Origin: a virus
IMG/VR virus record: IMGVR_UViG_3300025684_000015
Location: 33,887 to 97,886 of that record
DNA: 64,000 nt
Strand: one strand, 5' to 3'
Below the pieces are notes generated by a model. It searched no databases and had not been told where the DNA came from. It worked only from the letters and a program-made list of their open reading frames with translations. Shown piece after piece: positions 54,588 to 64,000 of the stretch. Position 1 is the first letter of the stretch, and the number at the start of each line of letters is the position of its first letter. The position numbers and the translations under genes were made by a program.

Positions 54588-56087
54588 TTATTCCTCGTCA
54601 CTTTGGTTTTGACCAGCTGCCTGGTCGTCTTGGGATTGCTTAGCCATATTTTCAATATCTTCATCTGAGAAATTAAGGACATTTTTCATAATCCATTCTC
54701 TAGAGAAATATTGATCTACATAATTATTAACCATATCAAGCGTTTGTAACTTTTCACGTAGAACTTCAAGATCTTTTAATTCTGTGAAATGGTTATCTCT
54801 AATATAGTCAACAATAATATCATTCTTCATGTTATTCCAATCATCTTCAGTAATAATACCTTTTAGTATTAGCTGAGTTTTTAGAATACCAGTGAATAAT
54901 TGACTAAACTTCATACGAAGTCTATCAATAAACTTTTGGAATTTCAATTCATCGCGACTAATCTCTGTAGATCTACCAAGAGAGAATTGAGACTCTTGTT
55001 CTAAGCGACTAATTGGAACATTTAAAGAACGATATAATCTTTTTTGGAAATAAATAATATCATCAATCTGCCCAAGGTTTTCACCACCGGGTAAAGTTGA
55101 GATCTCAGTGCCTCGGCCGCCTTCGCGCCTTGGTAACCAAAAATCTTCAAGCAATGATTGATGCTTACGATCATCTTTTAATTCGCCAGTTTTTGCATCA
55201 TAGACAAGCTTATTTCTATATCTTGTCATAATGTCTTTCATATATTGTTCAGACTTACCTTTTGGTAAGTTACCAACATCAATATAAAAGATTCTTCTTT
55301 CTGGTGCACGAGCCAAACGATAGATAACAAGAGAGTCTTCCATCATTCTTAATTGGTTAATTGGTTTAAGTGCTTTATGCAAATAAGATAAAATCTTTTT
55401 CTTACTCTCATCTAATAAACCAGATGTCACATAAGAAACTGAGTCTAAAGACATCTTAACACCAGAATTTTGCGCACCTGGTTTTTCTTGATAAATGTAG
55501 TATTCATCTACTTTTTCAATTAGCTGTGCGCCAGTTTCTGAGTCTTTTTTACGAGAAATTTGTTTTACTTTTCGCATTCTGGCAGAATCAATTACTCTAA
55601 TTTCTTGAATACCGCCTTTAAGGTTTGTTTCATCGACTACTAGGTGATGGAATAATCTACCATCAACATACCAGCGTCGGAAAATATCATGCCCATACAA
55701 ACCAAAATCAAGCATAGCATAAATATTATCGAATTCTGCTTTAATTTGTTTTTTAATACTATCGCTGACTTTTAGATTATCCATAGAGACATCAACAGAT
55801 TGATCTAATTCTCCACCAGCAATAGCTTCGTTAACAATATCTTCAATTGCTGCATCTACTTCTGGATGCATCGCAACTCCACGATATTTCATGATTAGTT
55901 GGAAATTGTCTTTTGATTCATCGCCATCAATATTTAAATATTGACCATAATGAGATCCAGCAGCAGTTACATAACCAGCACCATCATCATCACGTGCAGG
56001 TACAATAGACGGTTTTTTCTTAGCGTCTTCTTTATCTGCTTTTTTAATTTCAAATCCGAATAATCGGAAGCCTTGATTATCTGCCAT
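54588..56087 (-). CDS. gp20: Portal vertex protein (gp20)
   Basis: RAPERRIFYIDVGN, EDFWLPRREGGRGTEI.TLPG. Confidence 0.99.
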   Translation of the reverse strand: MADNQGFRLFGFEIKKADKEDAKKKPSIVPARDDDGAGYVTAAGSHYGQYLNIDGDESKDNFQLIMKYRGVAMHPEVDAAIEDIVNEAIAGGELDQSVDVSMDNLKVSDSIKKQIKAEFDNIYAMLDFGLYGHDIFRRWYVDGRLFHHLVVDETNLKGGIQEIRVIDSARMRKVKQISRKKDSETGAQLIEKVDEYYIYQEKPGAQNSGVKMSLDSVSYVTSGLLDESKKKILSYLHKALKPINQLRMMEDSLVIYRLARAPERRIFYIDVGNLPKGKSEQYMKDIMTRYRNKLVYDAKTGELKDDRKHQSLLEDFWLPRREGGRGTEISTLPGGENLGQIDDIIYFQKRLYRSLNVPISRLEQESQFSLGRSTEISRDELKFQKFIDRLRMKFSQLFTGILKTQLILKGIITEDDWNNMKNDIIVDYIRDNHFTELKDLEVLREKLQTLDMVNNYVDQYFSREWIMKNVLNFSDEDIENMAKQSQDDQAAGQNQSDEE

Positions 56088-56103
56088 TTACTTTCCCTTA
56101 CAA

Positions 56104-56135
56104 GTGGGGGTAGAGCATTATTCACTCTACCCCTT
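56104..56135. terminator. Stem-loop after gp19
   Basis: GGGGTAGAG...CTCTACCCC. Confidence 0.55.
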
Positions 56136-56149
56136 TATGTATACTCTTA

Positions 56150-56689
56150 TTAAGCGTCGGTAGTATTAGATGTCCAATACTGATACTGCCAAGTGATAGT
56201 AAATCTTTCGATTGTATCTGTATCACCATAAGAAACATCAATAGCTGAAATTTCTGAAGGCCATGCATCTTTAAAAGTATAAGTTTTAATAACAGAATTA
56301 TCTCTATCAAACTGTTCTACTTTTAAATCCGTGAAATAGAGTTCTGGATTTTGAATTCCACCAGCATCTGCATGGTTTGAAATTGCATTCATCCATTTTT
56401 CCATTTCATTTCTAATCTTAAACCCTGTGTCGTTAATTACAGTTACAGTCCAAACATCGAATACACGATCTCCGGCAACCTTCATTTGGCGCCCACGAAA
56501 TGGAATTGTAATTGTACCAACTGAAGAGGCTGGTAATTGAGCCGCTTCACACATAAAAGATGCAAAGTCTACATCTAAATTAACACCGAGACCTCCACGT
56601 GGATTTGCAAGAGTTACCTGGAATAGGTTACCTCTAGCTCCGCCACCAGCAAGTCTAGCTTTAAATTGATCTACTGAACCTAATGCCAT
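56150..56689 (-). CDS. gp19: Tail tube protein (gp19)
   Basis: GGGAR.NLF.V, FRGR..KVAGDR.F..WTVTV.ND. Confidence 0.96.
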   Translation of the reverse strand: MALGSVDQFKARLAGGGARGNLFQVTLANPRGGLGVNLDVDFASFMCEAAQLPASSVGTITIPFRGRQMKVAGDRVFDVWTVTVINDTGFKIRNEMEKWMNAISNHADAGGIQNPELYFTDLKVEQFDRDNSVIKTYTFKDAWPSEISAIDVSYGDTDTIERFTITWQYQYWTSNTTDA

Positions 56690-56700
56690 TTTTTATCTCC

Positions 56701-58446
56701 TTACACTGTGCCAACGACTTCTTCGAAGTCAACACCAGATCTTACGGCTACGAAGTTCAGAGTTACGTAGTTGATTGACCGAGCTGGCTTGATGAAGATA
56801 TTAGCGATGAATTCATTTCTATCAATAACTTCTGGTGTATTGACTGTTTCATCAGCAACAATACGGAAGTCAGTGATACCACGACGACCTTTGACATCGC
56901 GAAGAACCGGTTCAATAATATTTACGAATTCGGCCCGAGTAAACTCATCGTTGAATTCAAACATTACGCCTTCGGCTGCTCTTGCAATTGCTCTTTCAAG
57001 AACAAGGAAGAGTCTACGAACATTGATTCTATCAAAAGCAGAAGGTCTATTAAGGAGAGTCTTATCCCCGAAAAGAATAACCCCAGAACCTTGAATATTT
57101 ACAATTGGGTTAACACCAGCTTTGTAAAGAGTATCACGGTTAGTTTTATTAGGGTTATAGGTAATACCTGTTACACCTAAATATTGCCCACGTTTAACAC
57201 CAGCTGGTGAGAACCATGGAGCAGCATTTCTATCAGTTTCAGCCATGAGACCAGCTGTAGATGATGCGGCAGGAATTTCTAGATACTGATCATTGAACTT
57301 ATCATAAACTTTTAAGAAGTTTCCATCCATAATTAGATAAGAAGACTTAGTAAAGTTACCAGCAGTTGTAACTAAGTTGTTGGTAATTGTTGTTTCGTTA
57401 TTAATACCAATAACATCATTTCTAGCTGGTGATGTAACAACAACACAATCTTTACGTGCAGTCGCAATTGATGCAAGATCATTAACAACTGTAGTTTGCG
57501 CTGATGTGGCAACCAATGATGGAGCAATTAAGAAATCAATTTCAACAGCATCTTTATCTTCAAAAAGATCAAAACCTGTTGCGTATTCTGATGCAGTAAG
57601 AGTATAACTATAGAATCCATCAGCAAAATCATAATTGGTAATAGGTACACCCGACACTGCGTAATTCTTATTTGTGCCTGGTGTTAGGTTATCTCCAGCG
57701 TTTTTAGCGTCAAATGCAGAATCAAAGTTTGTTAAATAGACATACTGTGAACGTGTATTAATTACATCTTTTACGTAATTAGTCGTTCCATCTGCATTTT
57801 TTGAGTTTCCTGCCAATGACACATATGGGAACGCTTCAAGAACTGTTCCTTTTGTACCAGTGAACTCGCCGTTTTTATCGACAATTGCGATGTGTACTTC
57901 TGTGGAAATACCGTTACGGGCTGAATCATAAGATGATGTGCTTGGTGCGCCATCAAAAGATGATTTATAGATCCAGTCTGCGAAACTTGATCCGCCTGCT
58001 GAATCTGGCGGACAGATAGAAACTCTAAGTGAGTTGCCTAAATCGCCTGGATATTTAGCAATGAATGTTTGACCACTATCGAATGTAGTAATGTCAAATG
58101 CTGGTTTGTTGTTAACAGCTTTTGCAACTGGATCTACTCCAGTTTTATGAGTCTGAGCATTTAATGCTTCGTCTGTTGCTTCTCTAACAACGTACAGCGA
58201 ATTTGAATAGCGCAAGAAGTAACTTGCGTTATGAAAATCTTGTGCAGTTGATGCGGTTAGATTTGGAGCGCCGAATGTTTGAATTAGTCCTGCTTCATTA
58301 GCAACTAAGACTCTTTCGCCAACAGGCCCCCATCTAAAGTTTCCTACAATTGCGCCTGTAGAGGTCTGCACATTCGGTACTCCGCCTGTGAGATCAATCT
58401 CTTTTACGACTACTGCAGGAGATGCTGATGGTGTAAATAATGCCAT
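56701..58446 (-). CDS. gp18: Tail sheath protein (gp18)
   Basis: SP.V.VKEID, F.WGP, WFSPAG..RG, FDRINVRRLF. Confidence 0.98.
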   Translation of the reverse strand: MALFTPSASPAVVVKEIDLTGGVPNVQTSTGAIVGNFRWGPVGERVLVANEAGLIQTFGAPNLTASTAQDFHNASYFLRYSNSLYVVREATDEALNAQTHKTGVDPVAKAVNNKPAFDITTFDSGQTFIAKYPGDLGNSLRVSICPPDSAGGSSFADWIYKSSFDGAPSTSSYDSARNGISTEVHIAIVDKNGEFTGTKGTVLEAFPYVSLAGNSKNADGTTNYVKDVINTRSQYVYLTNFDSAFDAKNAGDNLTPGTNKNYAVSGVPITNYDFADGFYSYTLTASEYATGFDLFEDKDAVEIDFLIAPSLVATSAQTTVVNDLASIATARKDCVVVTSPARNDVIGINNETTITNNLVTTAGNFTKSSYLIMDGNFLKVYDKFNDQYLEIPAASSTAGLMAETDRNAAPWFSPAGVKRGQYLGVTGITYNPNKTNRDTLYKAGVNPIVNIQGSGVILFGDKTLLNRPSAFDRINVRRLFLVLERAIARAAEGVMFEFNDEFTRAEFVNIIEPVLRDVKGRRGITDFRIVADETVNTPEVIDRNEFIANIFIKPARSINYVTLNFVAVRSGVDFEEVVGTV

Positions 58447-58509
58447 GTGCTTTCCCTTTTTAGGTTCAGATTATACGATACATAATACGGTGTTTTTCAA
58501 TTTCATGTA

Positions 58510-58517
58510 TATTTATA
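58510..58517 (-). promoter_or_regulatory. T4-type late promoter TATAAATA
   Basis: Exact motif upstream of gp18. Confidence 0.8.
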
Positions 58518-58519
58518 AT

Positions 58520-60112
58520 TTAATCAAACTTAACAAACCACTCAGGTTTTTCATTATCTAATGACTCAATAAAATCTGATCCATCATCAATAAATCCAAA
58601 GGGTACTATATCATCAGCAATATCTTGCATTTTTTGTTCGAACAACATTTGTTTTAGATCAATATCAGTCATATCACCAAAAAATTGTGTTGTTGCAAAA
58701 TAACCAAACATAACTAAGTTCATCATTAAATCGTCATGATTACCATCAGAAGCTTCAAATGATTGACCACTAGAAGTAAATGTTGAAATTTCTAAAATAG
58801 TATTTTCATCAACGATATCTATTTTATAATTTTCTATAATATCTTTAATTGCAGAACAGCCTAACCGTTTTACTTTACGGTTCATATTGATACCTAAAGC
58901 ATTTGATTTAACAGTTGATTCTACGTGCATATTCTCATATTCTAAATCATGATATAATCCATTACAAACTACAGCGCCTTGATCATTTGATTCTATAACA
59001 ACATATGCATTATTATAAGAAACCGAATACTTATATATAATGTTAGGGAAGAGTATTGGAGAGATAGTATTGCGGCGATAAACAGCTACTTGCTCAAATG
59101 GACTAGTACTAATATCGATCAAATTAAAAGTAGAATAATCCTGTCCTCTTCCCTTACTTACATCGACTGTCATAATATATTCATGACCCTTTAAAGGCTC
59201 TTTGTATATTAATAGGTCTCCACCTTCCATTACTTTAATTGGATTTTTTGCTCTAAGTTTCATTAAAACTTCGGCATTAATTAAAGTATCACCAGTACCG
59301 AAAAAAGTATTTCCAAACTCCTGGTCAAATTGTAATTGACTGGTATTTGATATTGTTTGATTTTTCCATTCTTCATCTCTTCCAGGAACATCAAACCAAT
59401 CAACTCTAAAAGATTTAAATTCATTTACTTTTTGTTCTGCGCCTTCCCATATCTTATAAAACATATTACCAATACCATTAGCGGTAGAAGTAATAATTAC
59501 TTTTGTATCTTTACCAGAAGATACAACTGGATATGTGGACGTATAAAACTCAGTCGCGCGCTCCACAAAAGCAAACTCATCTAAATACAATAAATTAACA
59601 GACATACCACGAATAGAGCTGCCTGAAGTTGCTGCCGCCATAATTCTAGAATTATTAGAAAATTCAATAGAACCTTTATTAAGTGCTTTACATCCAGGTT
59701 GTAAAAAGAATGGTATATTTTCAAGCATTAATGTAACACGTGCAAGCATCTCGCGTGCAGTTGCTCCTTTATTTGCAAGAATAGCAATTGTTTTTTCTGA
59801 ATGAAATAGTGCAAACCAAAGTAAATACGCAACAGAGCTAATTGATTTGCCAGATTGTCGACATGCAAGAACAATAGAAAAACGGTTATTATTAAAATGG
59901 TCAAACATTTCGCGTTGATAAGGATATAGCTTAAATGGAACTAATCCTTTATCTAAGTGAATTACTTTAAGATACTTCTCGGCAAAATACGCTGGATCTT
60001 CCATGCATTTTTTATATTCTTTTAATTTTTCTGGAGTCCATTGCTCAGGAACTCCATCACGTTTGACGTTTGAATTACCGAGGTACGCTATCGTCTGTGG
60101 GAGTTGCATCAA
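58520..60112 (-). CDS. gp17: Terminase large subunit (gp17)
   Basis: RQSGKS, YLDEFAF, ITSTANG, HDDL.M. Confidence 0.98.
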   Translation of the reverse strand: MMQLPQTIAYLGNSNVKRDGVPEQWTPEKLKEYKKCMEDPAYFAEKYLKVIHLDKGLVPFKLYPYQREMFDHFNNNRFSIVLACRQSGKSISSVAYLLWFALFHSEKTIAILANKGATAREMLARVTLMLENIPFFLQPGCKALNKGSIEFSNNSRIMAAATSGSSIRGMSVNLLYLDEFAFVERATEFYTSTYPVVSSGKDTKVIITSTANGIGNMFYKIWEGAEQKVNEFKSFRVDWFDVPGRDEEWKNQTISNTSQLQFDQEFGNTFFGTGDTLINAEVLMKLRAKNPIKVMEGGDLLIYKEPLKGHEYIMTVDVSKGRGQDYSTFNLIDISTSPFEQVAVYRRNTISPILFPNIIYKYSVSYNNAYVVIESNDQGAVVCNGLYHDLEYENMHVESTVKSNALGINMNRKVKRLGCSAIKDIIENYKIDIVDENTILEISTFTSSGQSFEASDGNHDDLMMNLVMFGYFATTQFFGDMTDIDLKQMLFEQKMQDIADDIVPFGFIDDGSDFIESLDNEKPEWFVKFD

Positions 60113-60473
60113 TTATATCACCTTGTGCCAACATTTTTTGAACTTCAGCTGTTGATAAAAAGAAATTATTTTGCTGATTTTCAACCTTTGGCTCATCTTT
60201 TCTGTCAAGCTCTTTTTGTTTTTTATTTAAATCCATTAATTTATCGTTAACGTCTGAAACATTTTTAATTAATGTAGATAAAACTTCAAAAGCTCGAGGA
60301 TGCTCAGATTCTCTAGCAACTTGAATCATATCTTCAAGAGCATCTTTACCTTTTTCAATTAATTCGTAATACGTATCACGCGAATACTCATAATCTTGTT
60401 TAGATTTATCATCCGTCACTATCTGCACCATAGTATGTTCTAGTAAATCCAAAATCACTATCAGCTGAACCAA
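60075..60473 (-). CDS. gp16: Terminase small subunit (gp16)
   Basis: DYEYSR, A.ESEHPRAFEV; true start probably ~60419-60431. Confidence 0.9.
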   Translation of the reverse strand: MVQLIVILDLLEHTMVQIVTDDKSKQDYEYSRDTYYELIEKGKDALEDMIQVARESEHPRAFEVLSTLIKNVSDVNDKLMDLNKKQKELDRKDEPKVENQQNNFFLSTAEVQKMLAQGDIIDATPTDDSVPR

Positions 60474-61200
60474 TAGTTGTTAGTGGATCTGGGTTACTAA
60501 TAATTGTTTCTAATCTTAAATCAGAATCAGCTAATCCACCACCAATATTATATAATCGCGAAGTTGTTTGACGGATAACATTAGCTTGACCAATACCACC
60601 GTGATATTGTACACGCATTTCAAAATCTAAATTATAGATAATTGTTCTGCGCGCGGCAACCTCTCCTTCAAAGTCATCAGTAAATCCAACACCAGCAATA
60701 CTAACTGGGATATCTTCTCTAAATGATGGATACTCAGTACCAAAAGGAATCATAGTTAGAGTATATTGAGGATTAAACGTTGGTAATATTTGTTCAACAA
60801 TTTGTAACGCGTCATCTTGAGATTTCGCGTAAATATTCAATTGAAAAGATAAAACGTATGGGACACCTGTAAACAATTTGTTACGTGCAGTAGTACTTGA
60901 CGTCAACCCTTGAATATTATTCAACTTAGACAATTGGCGTGTAGTATCATATGCAATACTTGTAATCTCAAAAGACATTCTTGGGAGTTTAATTGCTACT
61001 TTTGTATCAGTATCTAAATTAGGATTTTCTCTAATTCTATCTAAATACTTTGACTTTGGTGCATACGATAATGGCACTTTTATCTGAGATATTCCACCAC
61101 CACTACTATTTTTGCGCACTACATAAATGTCGTTAAACAGCCTTCCGAATGCTGCAACGCATTTTTTAGTTTTTTCGTGATAAAAATGTGCACCAAACAT
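60409..61200 (-). CDS. gp15: Tail sheath stabilizer/completion protein (gp15)
   Basis: FG.LFNDI, KVPL.YAPK.K, LPRMSFE, QI.EQILP.F.P. Confidence 0.95.
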   Translation of the reverse strand: MFGAHFYHEKTKKCVAAFGRLFNDIYVVRKNSSGGGISQIKVPLSYAPKSKYLDRIRENPNLDTDTKVAIKLPRMSFEITSIAYDTTRQLSKLNNIQGLTSSTTARNKLFTGVPYVLSFQLNIYAKSQDDALQIVEQILPTFNPQYTLTMIPFGTEYPSFREDIPVSIAGVGFTDDFEGEVAARRTIIYNLDFEMRVQYHGGIGQANVIRQTTSRLYNIGGGLADSDLRLETIISNPDPLTTIGSADSDFGFTRTYYGADSDG

Positions 61201-61463
61201 TAGCTGTTATAAATCCCTTGTAAATGGTCTTCAAATTCTTCTACTTTTTTTAGTCTATTAGGCCACAATATGTATTCTTTTTCTGGATTCTTTTTTAAAT
61301 TATTTAAAAGTGGTATTACTGCATTATATAATTTGTCTAATTTCTCTTGTGCAGTCTTAGCTTCGGCTGCTGATAGTTCTACCTTTGCAGTTGTCTCTTG
61401 TACAGCTTGAAGTTCTTCTTCATTAACTGTAGTAAATCCAAAATCAAAAATATCATCACTCAT
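61200..61463 (-). CDS. Conserved hypothetical protein between gp14 and gp15
   Basis: FDFGFT...PLL.NLKKNPEKEYI.WPNR. Confidence 0.7.
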   Translation of the reverse strand: MSDDIFDFGFTTVNEEELQAVQETTAKVELSAAEAKTAQEKLDKLYNAVIPLLNNLKKNPEKEYILWPNRLKKVEEFEDHLQGIYNS

Positions 61464-62368
61464 TAATTAGGATCTCCAAATGGATTATTTTCTGAGAAGT
61501 CTAAGAAATCTGTTGTTTCAGTGTCAAAGAAATCGTTTTGTTCATTATTTGAAAGATTATTTAGTTCAGAAACACTTAATACTGTAAGATCTGAATCAAT
61601 TAAAGCTCCGTCCCATGTGGTCCCTCTACCACTAATAGTAATTGTTCTTCCAGCAGCAAACGTATGATAATTACCATCATCAGCACCAACATGCGCTAAG
61701 TATAATAAGTTATCACTATCAGAATATTTTACAACTTCTCCAGATACTATTACACCATCACTTAAAGTCATACTAGCGGTATGACCAGGAACAGTAGCAA
61801 TTGAATCTGAATCTAATGTAAGAATATATTGATAAGTGAAATCAGTTTCAATATCATCTATTGCTGCAATTCCAGTATCCAAATCTTCACCAGTATATTC
61901 AAACAAAGTACAACGTAATTTAAATACGTTTAAGTTTGCAATCTGATAAAATGGCATCTCATGTTCAACATGAGTAATTTGGAAAGTAGAATTAGAAAGA
62001 GGTAAGTAAATTAAATCACCTTCGCGAGGTCTTTCACTTTCAATATCATTATCATATCTAGCAACAGTTTGTGTCCATCTACGTCTGGATACTACAAATG
62101 TTGCCTCATCTCGTATTTCAACACCGAATCTAGAGAAAAGATCTCCTTCTCCCTCAAATCCTTCTATATTGTCGATATACATTTCAACTTTGTAAGCAGA
62201 ATTGAATGATGATTCAGCATCTTCGCCGAAAATAGTATTTTCATTTACTAAATCACGAGGAATATAATAAACATCTGATCCATAAATCTTTAAAGATTCT
62301 ATGACAATGTTTTCATATAGCTCATGTTCAGATTTTACTTTTTCTGAGAAGTAAATATTACGTGCCAT
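61463..62368 (-). CDS. gp14: Neck protein (gp14)
   Basis: ES.KIYG.DVYYIPR, RPREGDLIY.P, DFSENNPFG. Confidence 0.95.
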   Translation of the reverse strand: MARNIYFSEKVKSEHELYENIVIESLKIYGSDVYYIPRDLVNENTIFGEDAESSFNSAYKVEMYIDNIEGFEGEGDLFSRFGVEIRDEATFVVSRRRWTQTVARYDNDIESERPREGDLIYLPLSNSTFQITHVEHEMPFYQIANLNVFKLRCTLFEYTGEDLDTGIAAIDDIETDFTYQYILTLDSDSIATVPGHTASMTLSDGVIVSGEVVKYSDSDNLLYLAHVGADDGNYHTFAAGRTITISGRGTTWDGALIDSDLTVLSVSELNNLSNNEQNDFFDTETTDFLDFSENNPFGDPN

Positions 62369-62372
62369 TTAA

Positions 62373-63128
62373 TCATCCCATAAAAAAGTCTGGCGGAAGC
62401 TCATGCTCTAGCCGGATCTTTTCTTGTAATTCTTGGATCTCAGCCTGAGCGTCATCAAACATTTGTCTTCCGTTGATGATAACTCCTCCGGGTAATTGCA
62501 TACCTTCAAATTTAATTAAATTCATGCCCCATTGCAATTTAAGTAAAGATGTGGCGTATGATTTTAACCACATATCGTTATACACTGATGTAAAAGAATC
62601 TGGATCAATTGTTTGATATGTTTCTAAAACAATATAATCATTTTCTTCTAAATCTTTATCTTCAATATGACCATAGATATAAAGTCTATTTTGTCTACGT
62701 ACAAAGTTAACTAGTGGAGCACCATTCAATTTCATATCTAAAGTTGAAAGGTATTGTTGAATTTGTTCGTAATAAGCCAAATCACCGGCAAATGTCGCGA
62801 GATCCCAAATGTCGTTTAAAGCCATTTGATATTTGATATCGAACATATTGCCGGTTTGGGAAAATGTGGAGTTAACCCTGAACATACTCGACACCGTTTG
62901 AATATCACTACTCAAAGTCACGTATTTATTTGTGATGTCGGTTGAGGTCAATTTATGCTTCAGATATCCCTTTTTAGTGGCATCTGAATGATACTCTTGA
63001 TAGTATTGAATAGCTTCATCAATACGATCTTCAATTTGATCCTCATCAACATTAATCTCAATAACAGGTGCGCCTAAGCGCCGTAAGCAATAGTCAATTA
63101 ATGTTTGTCGAGAGTTCGGGTTAGCCAT
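62373..63128 (-). CDS. gp13: Neck protein (gp13)
   Basis: LRRLGAPVIEINV, QWG.NL.KF.G.QLPGG. Confidence 0.96.
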   Translation of the reverse strand: MANPNSRQTLIDYCLRRLGAPVIEINVDEDQIEDRIDEAIQYYQEYHSDATKKGYLKHKLTSTDITNKYVTLSSDIQTVSSMFRVNSTFSQTGNMFDIKYQMALNDIWDLATFAGDLAYYEQIQQYLSTLDMKLNGAPLVNFVRRQNRLYIYGHIEDKDLEENDYIVLETYQTIDPDSFTSVYNDMWLKSYATSLLKLQWGMNLIKFEGMQLPGGVIINGRQMFDDAQAEIQELQEKIRLEHELPPDFFMG

Positions 63129-63132
63129 TTAA

Positions 63133-64000
63133 TTAAGCACCTGCTCCAATAATTGTTTTAACAGTAGTACCGGCTGAGTTCTTAATCAACAATGTTGAAG
63201 CACTTGCAAGTTCTGTTGAACCAACAGTACCAGCACCAATTGCCATGTTAGTAATAGTAATGTTACCACTACCATTAACACCAGTTGTAGAACCAGTGAT
63301 ATCACCACTTAATGTGATGTTACGGCTGTTTACCCATGCTGAAGCAGTGTTTGCATTACCAGTTAAATCACCAATAAACGTTGCAGCTTGAATATCAGCT
63401 AATGCAAATGAACCATGGCCAGTATTGATTTGTGATGCAGCATCTGGTTCAAGTGTATAACCATCGTATGCTTTAAAGATTTGATCTGTAGCATCCCGGA
63501 AGAAACCAGCATGAGCATATGTACCACCTTCGTTGTAGTTACCAGCCCAACCAATATCAATTGATTGCGTTGGTGAACCAGCAGATTCAGCACCATTCAT
63601 GTAGATCATGTTATCTGAAACTGAAAGGTTTTCAGCGTTTACAGTTGTGGTAGTACCATTAACTTGTAAGTCACCATCAAGCACAACAGCACCAACAACT
63701 TCAAGAGTACCACCAATTACTGTGTTACCAGTTGCACCAGCAATAGTGAAGTTGCTATTAATATCAACATCACCAGTAACATCAAGAGTACCGGTTGTTG
63801 CAATATTACCAGATGTATTTGCTACAGTAAATGCACCATCAACATCAATACCACCATCTAGACTTGCTAGTAGGCTTACATCAAGTGTTGTTACTGTGGC
63901 TGCTGCCGCTGTGTTAGCACCTAGGATACCATCCATGTTAGTGAATGTTGCTGTAGTTGCTGTAAAGTCACCACTTGCATCTAGTACTACTGCACGACTT
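63133..64000 (-). CDS. Fibre-like virion protein (5' end outside window)
   Basis: Frame is open beyond 63936 to the window edge; G/T/A-rich, L.V.GTTTTVN...L.V.DN.I motif, HAGFFRDATD. Confidence 0.75.
   Translation of the reverse strand, partial: SRAVVLDASGDFTATTATFTNMDGILGANTAAAATVTTLDVSLLASLDGGIDVDGAFTVANTSGNIATTGTLDVTGDVDINSNFTIAGATGNTVIGGTLEVVGAVVLDGDLQVNGTTTTVNAENLSVSDNMIYMNGAESAGSPTQSIDIGWAGNYNEGGTYAHAGFFRDATDQIFKAYDGYTLEPDAASQINTGHGSFALADIQAATFIGDLTGNANTASAWVNSRNITLSGDITGSTTGVNGSGNITITNMAIGAGTVGSTELASASTLLIKNSAGTTVKTIIGAGA

Noticed and set aside
36883-60112. Introns, inteins or homing endonucleases in gp43, gp46, uvsW or gp17
   Set aside because: The ORFs are continuous and of normal length, with no intein, HNH or GIY-YIG motifs seen

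Overview
This window is a 64-kb, AT-rich segment of a large T4-like myovirus genome, with most genes on the minus strand. The right half holds the T4 core in near-canonical order: the gp13-gp23 morphogenesis block, gp3, uvsY/uvsW, gp55, gp47/46/45/44/62, regA, gp43, uvsX and gp41. A cytosine-modification cluster sits inside the replication block: gp42-type dCMP hydroxymethylase, dCMP deaminase, GT-A glycosyltransferase, TagD-like cytidylyltransferase and an atypical C5-MTase; ThyX and a MazG-like NTPase lie nearby. The left half is accessory and contains four notable parts. (i) Early-gene cassettes are headed by repeated promoter/stem-loop elements, some with IHF-consensus sites. (ii) A ~12-kb internally duplicated island encodes a tripartite tricarboxylate transporter (TctA/B/C), two signal-peptide-less TRAP DctP proteins, two PP-loop ATPases each with a paralogous partner, three 2OG-Fe(II)-type oxygenases and a GNAT. 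(iii) A circularly permuted, alphaproteobacterial-type tmRNA (tag ANDNFAPQDYALAA) sits behind a T4 late promoter. (iv) A late-promoter operon of five secreted proteins resembles a minimal pilin/chaperone/pore system. The tmRNA type and a ROSE thermometer in front of hsp20 point to a probably marine alphaproteobacterial host. All calls come from motif recognition by eye; no searches were run.
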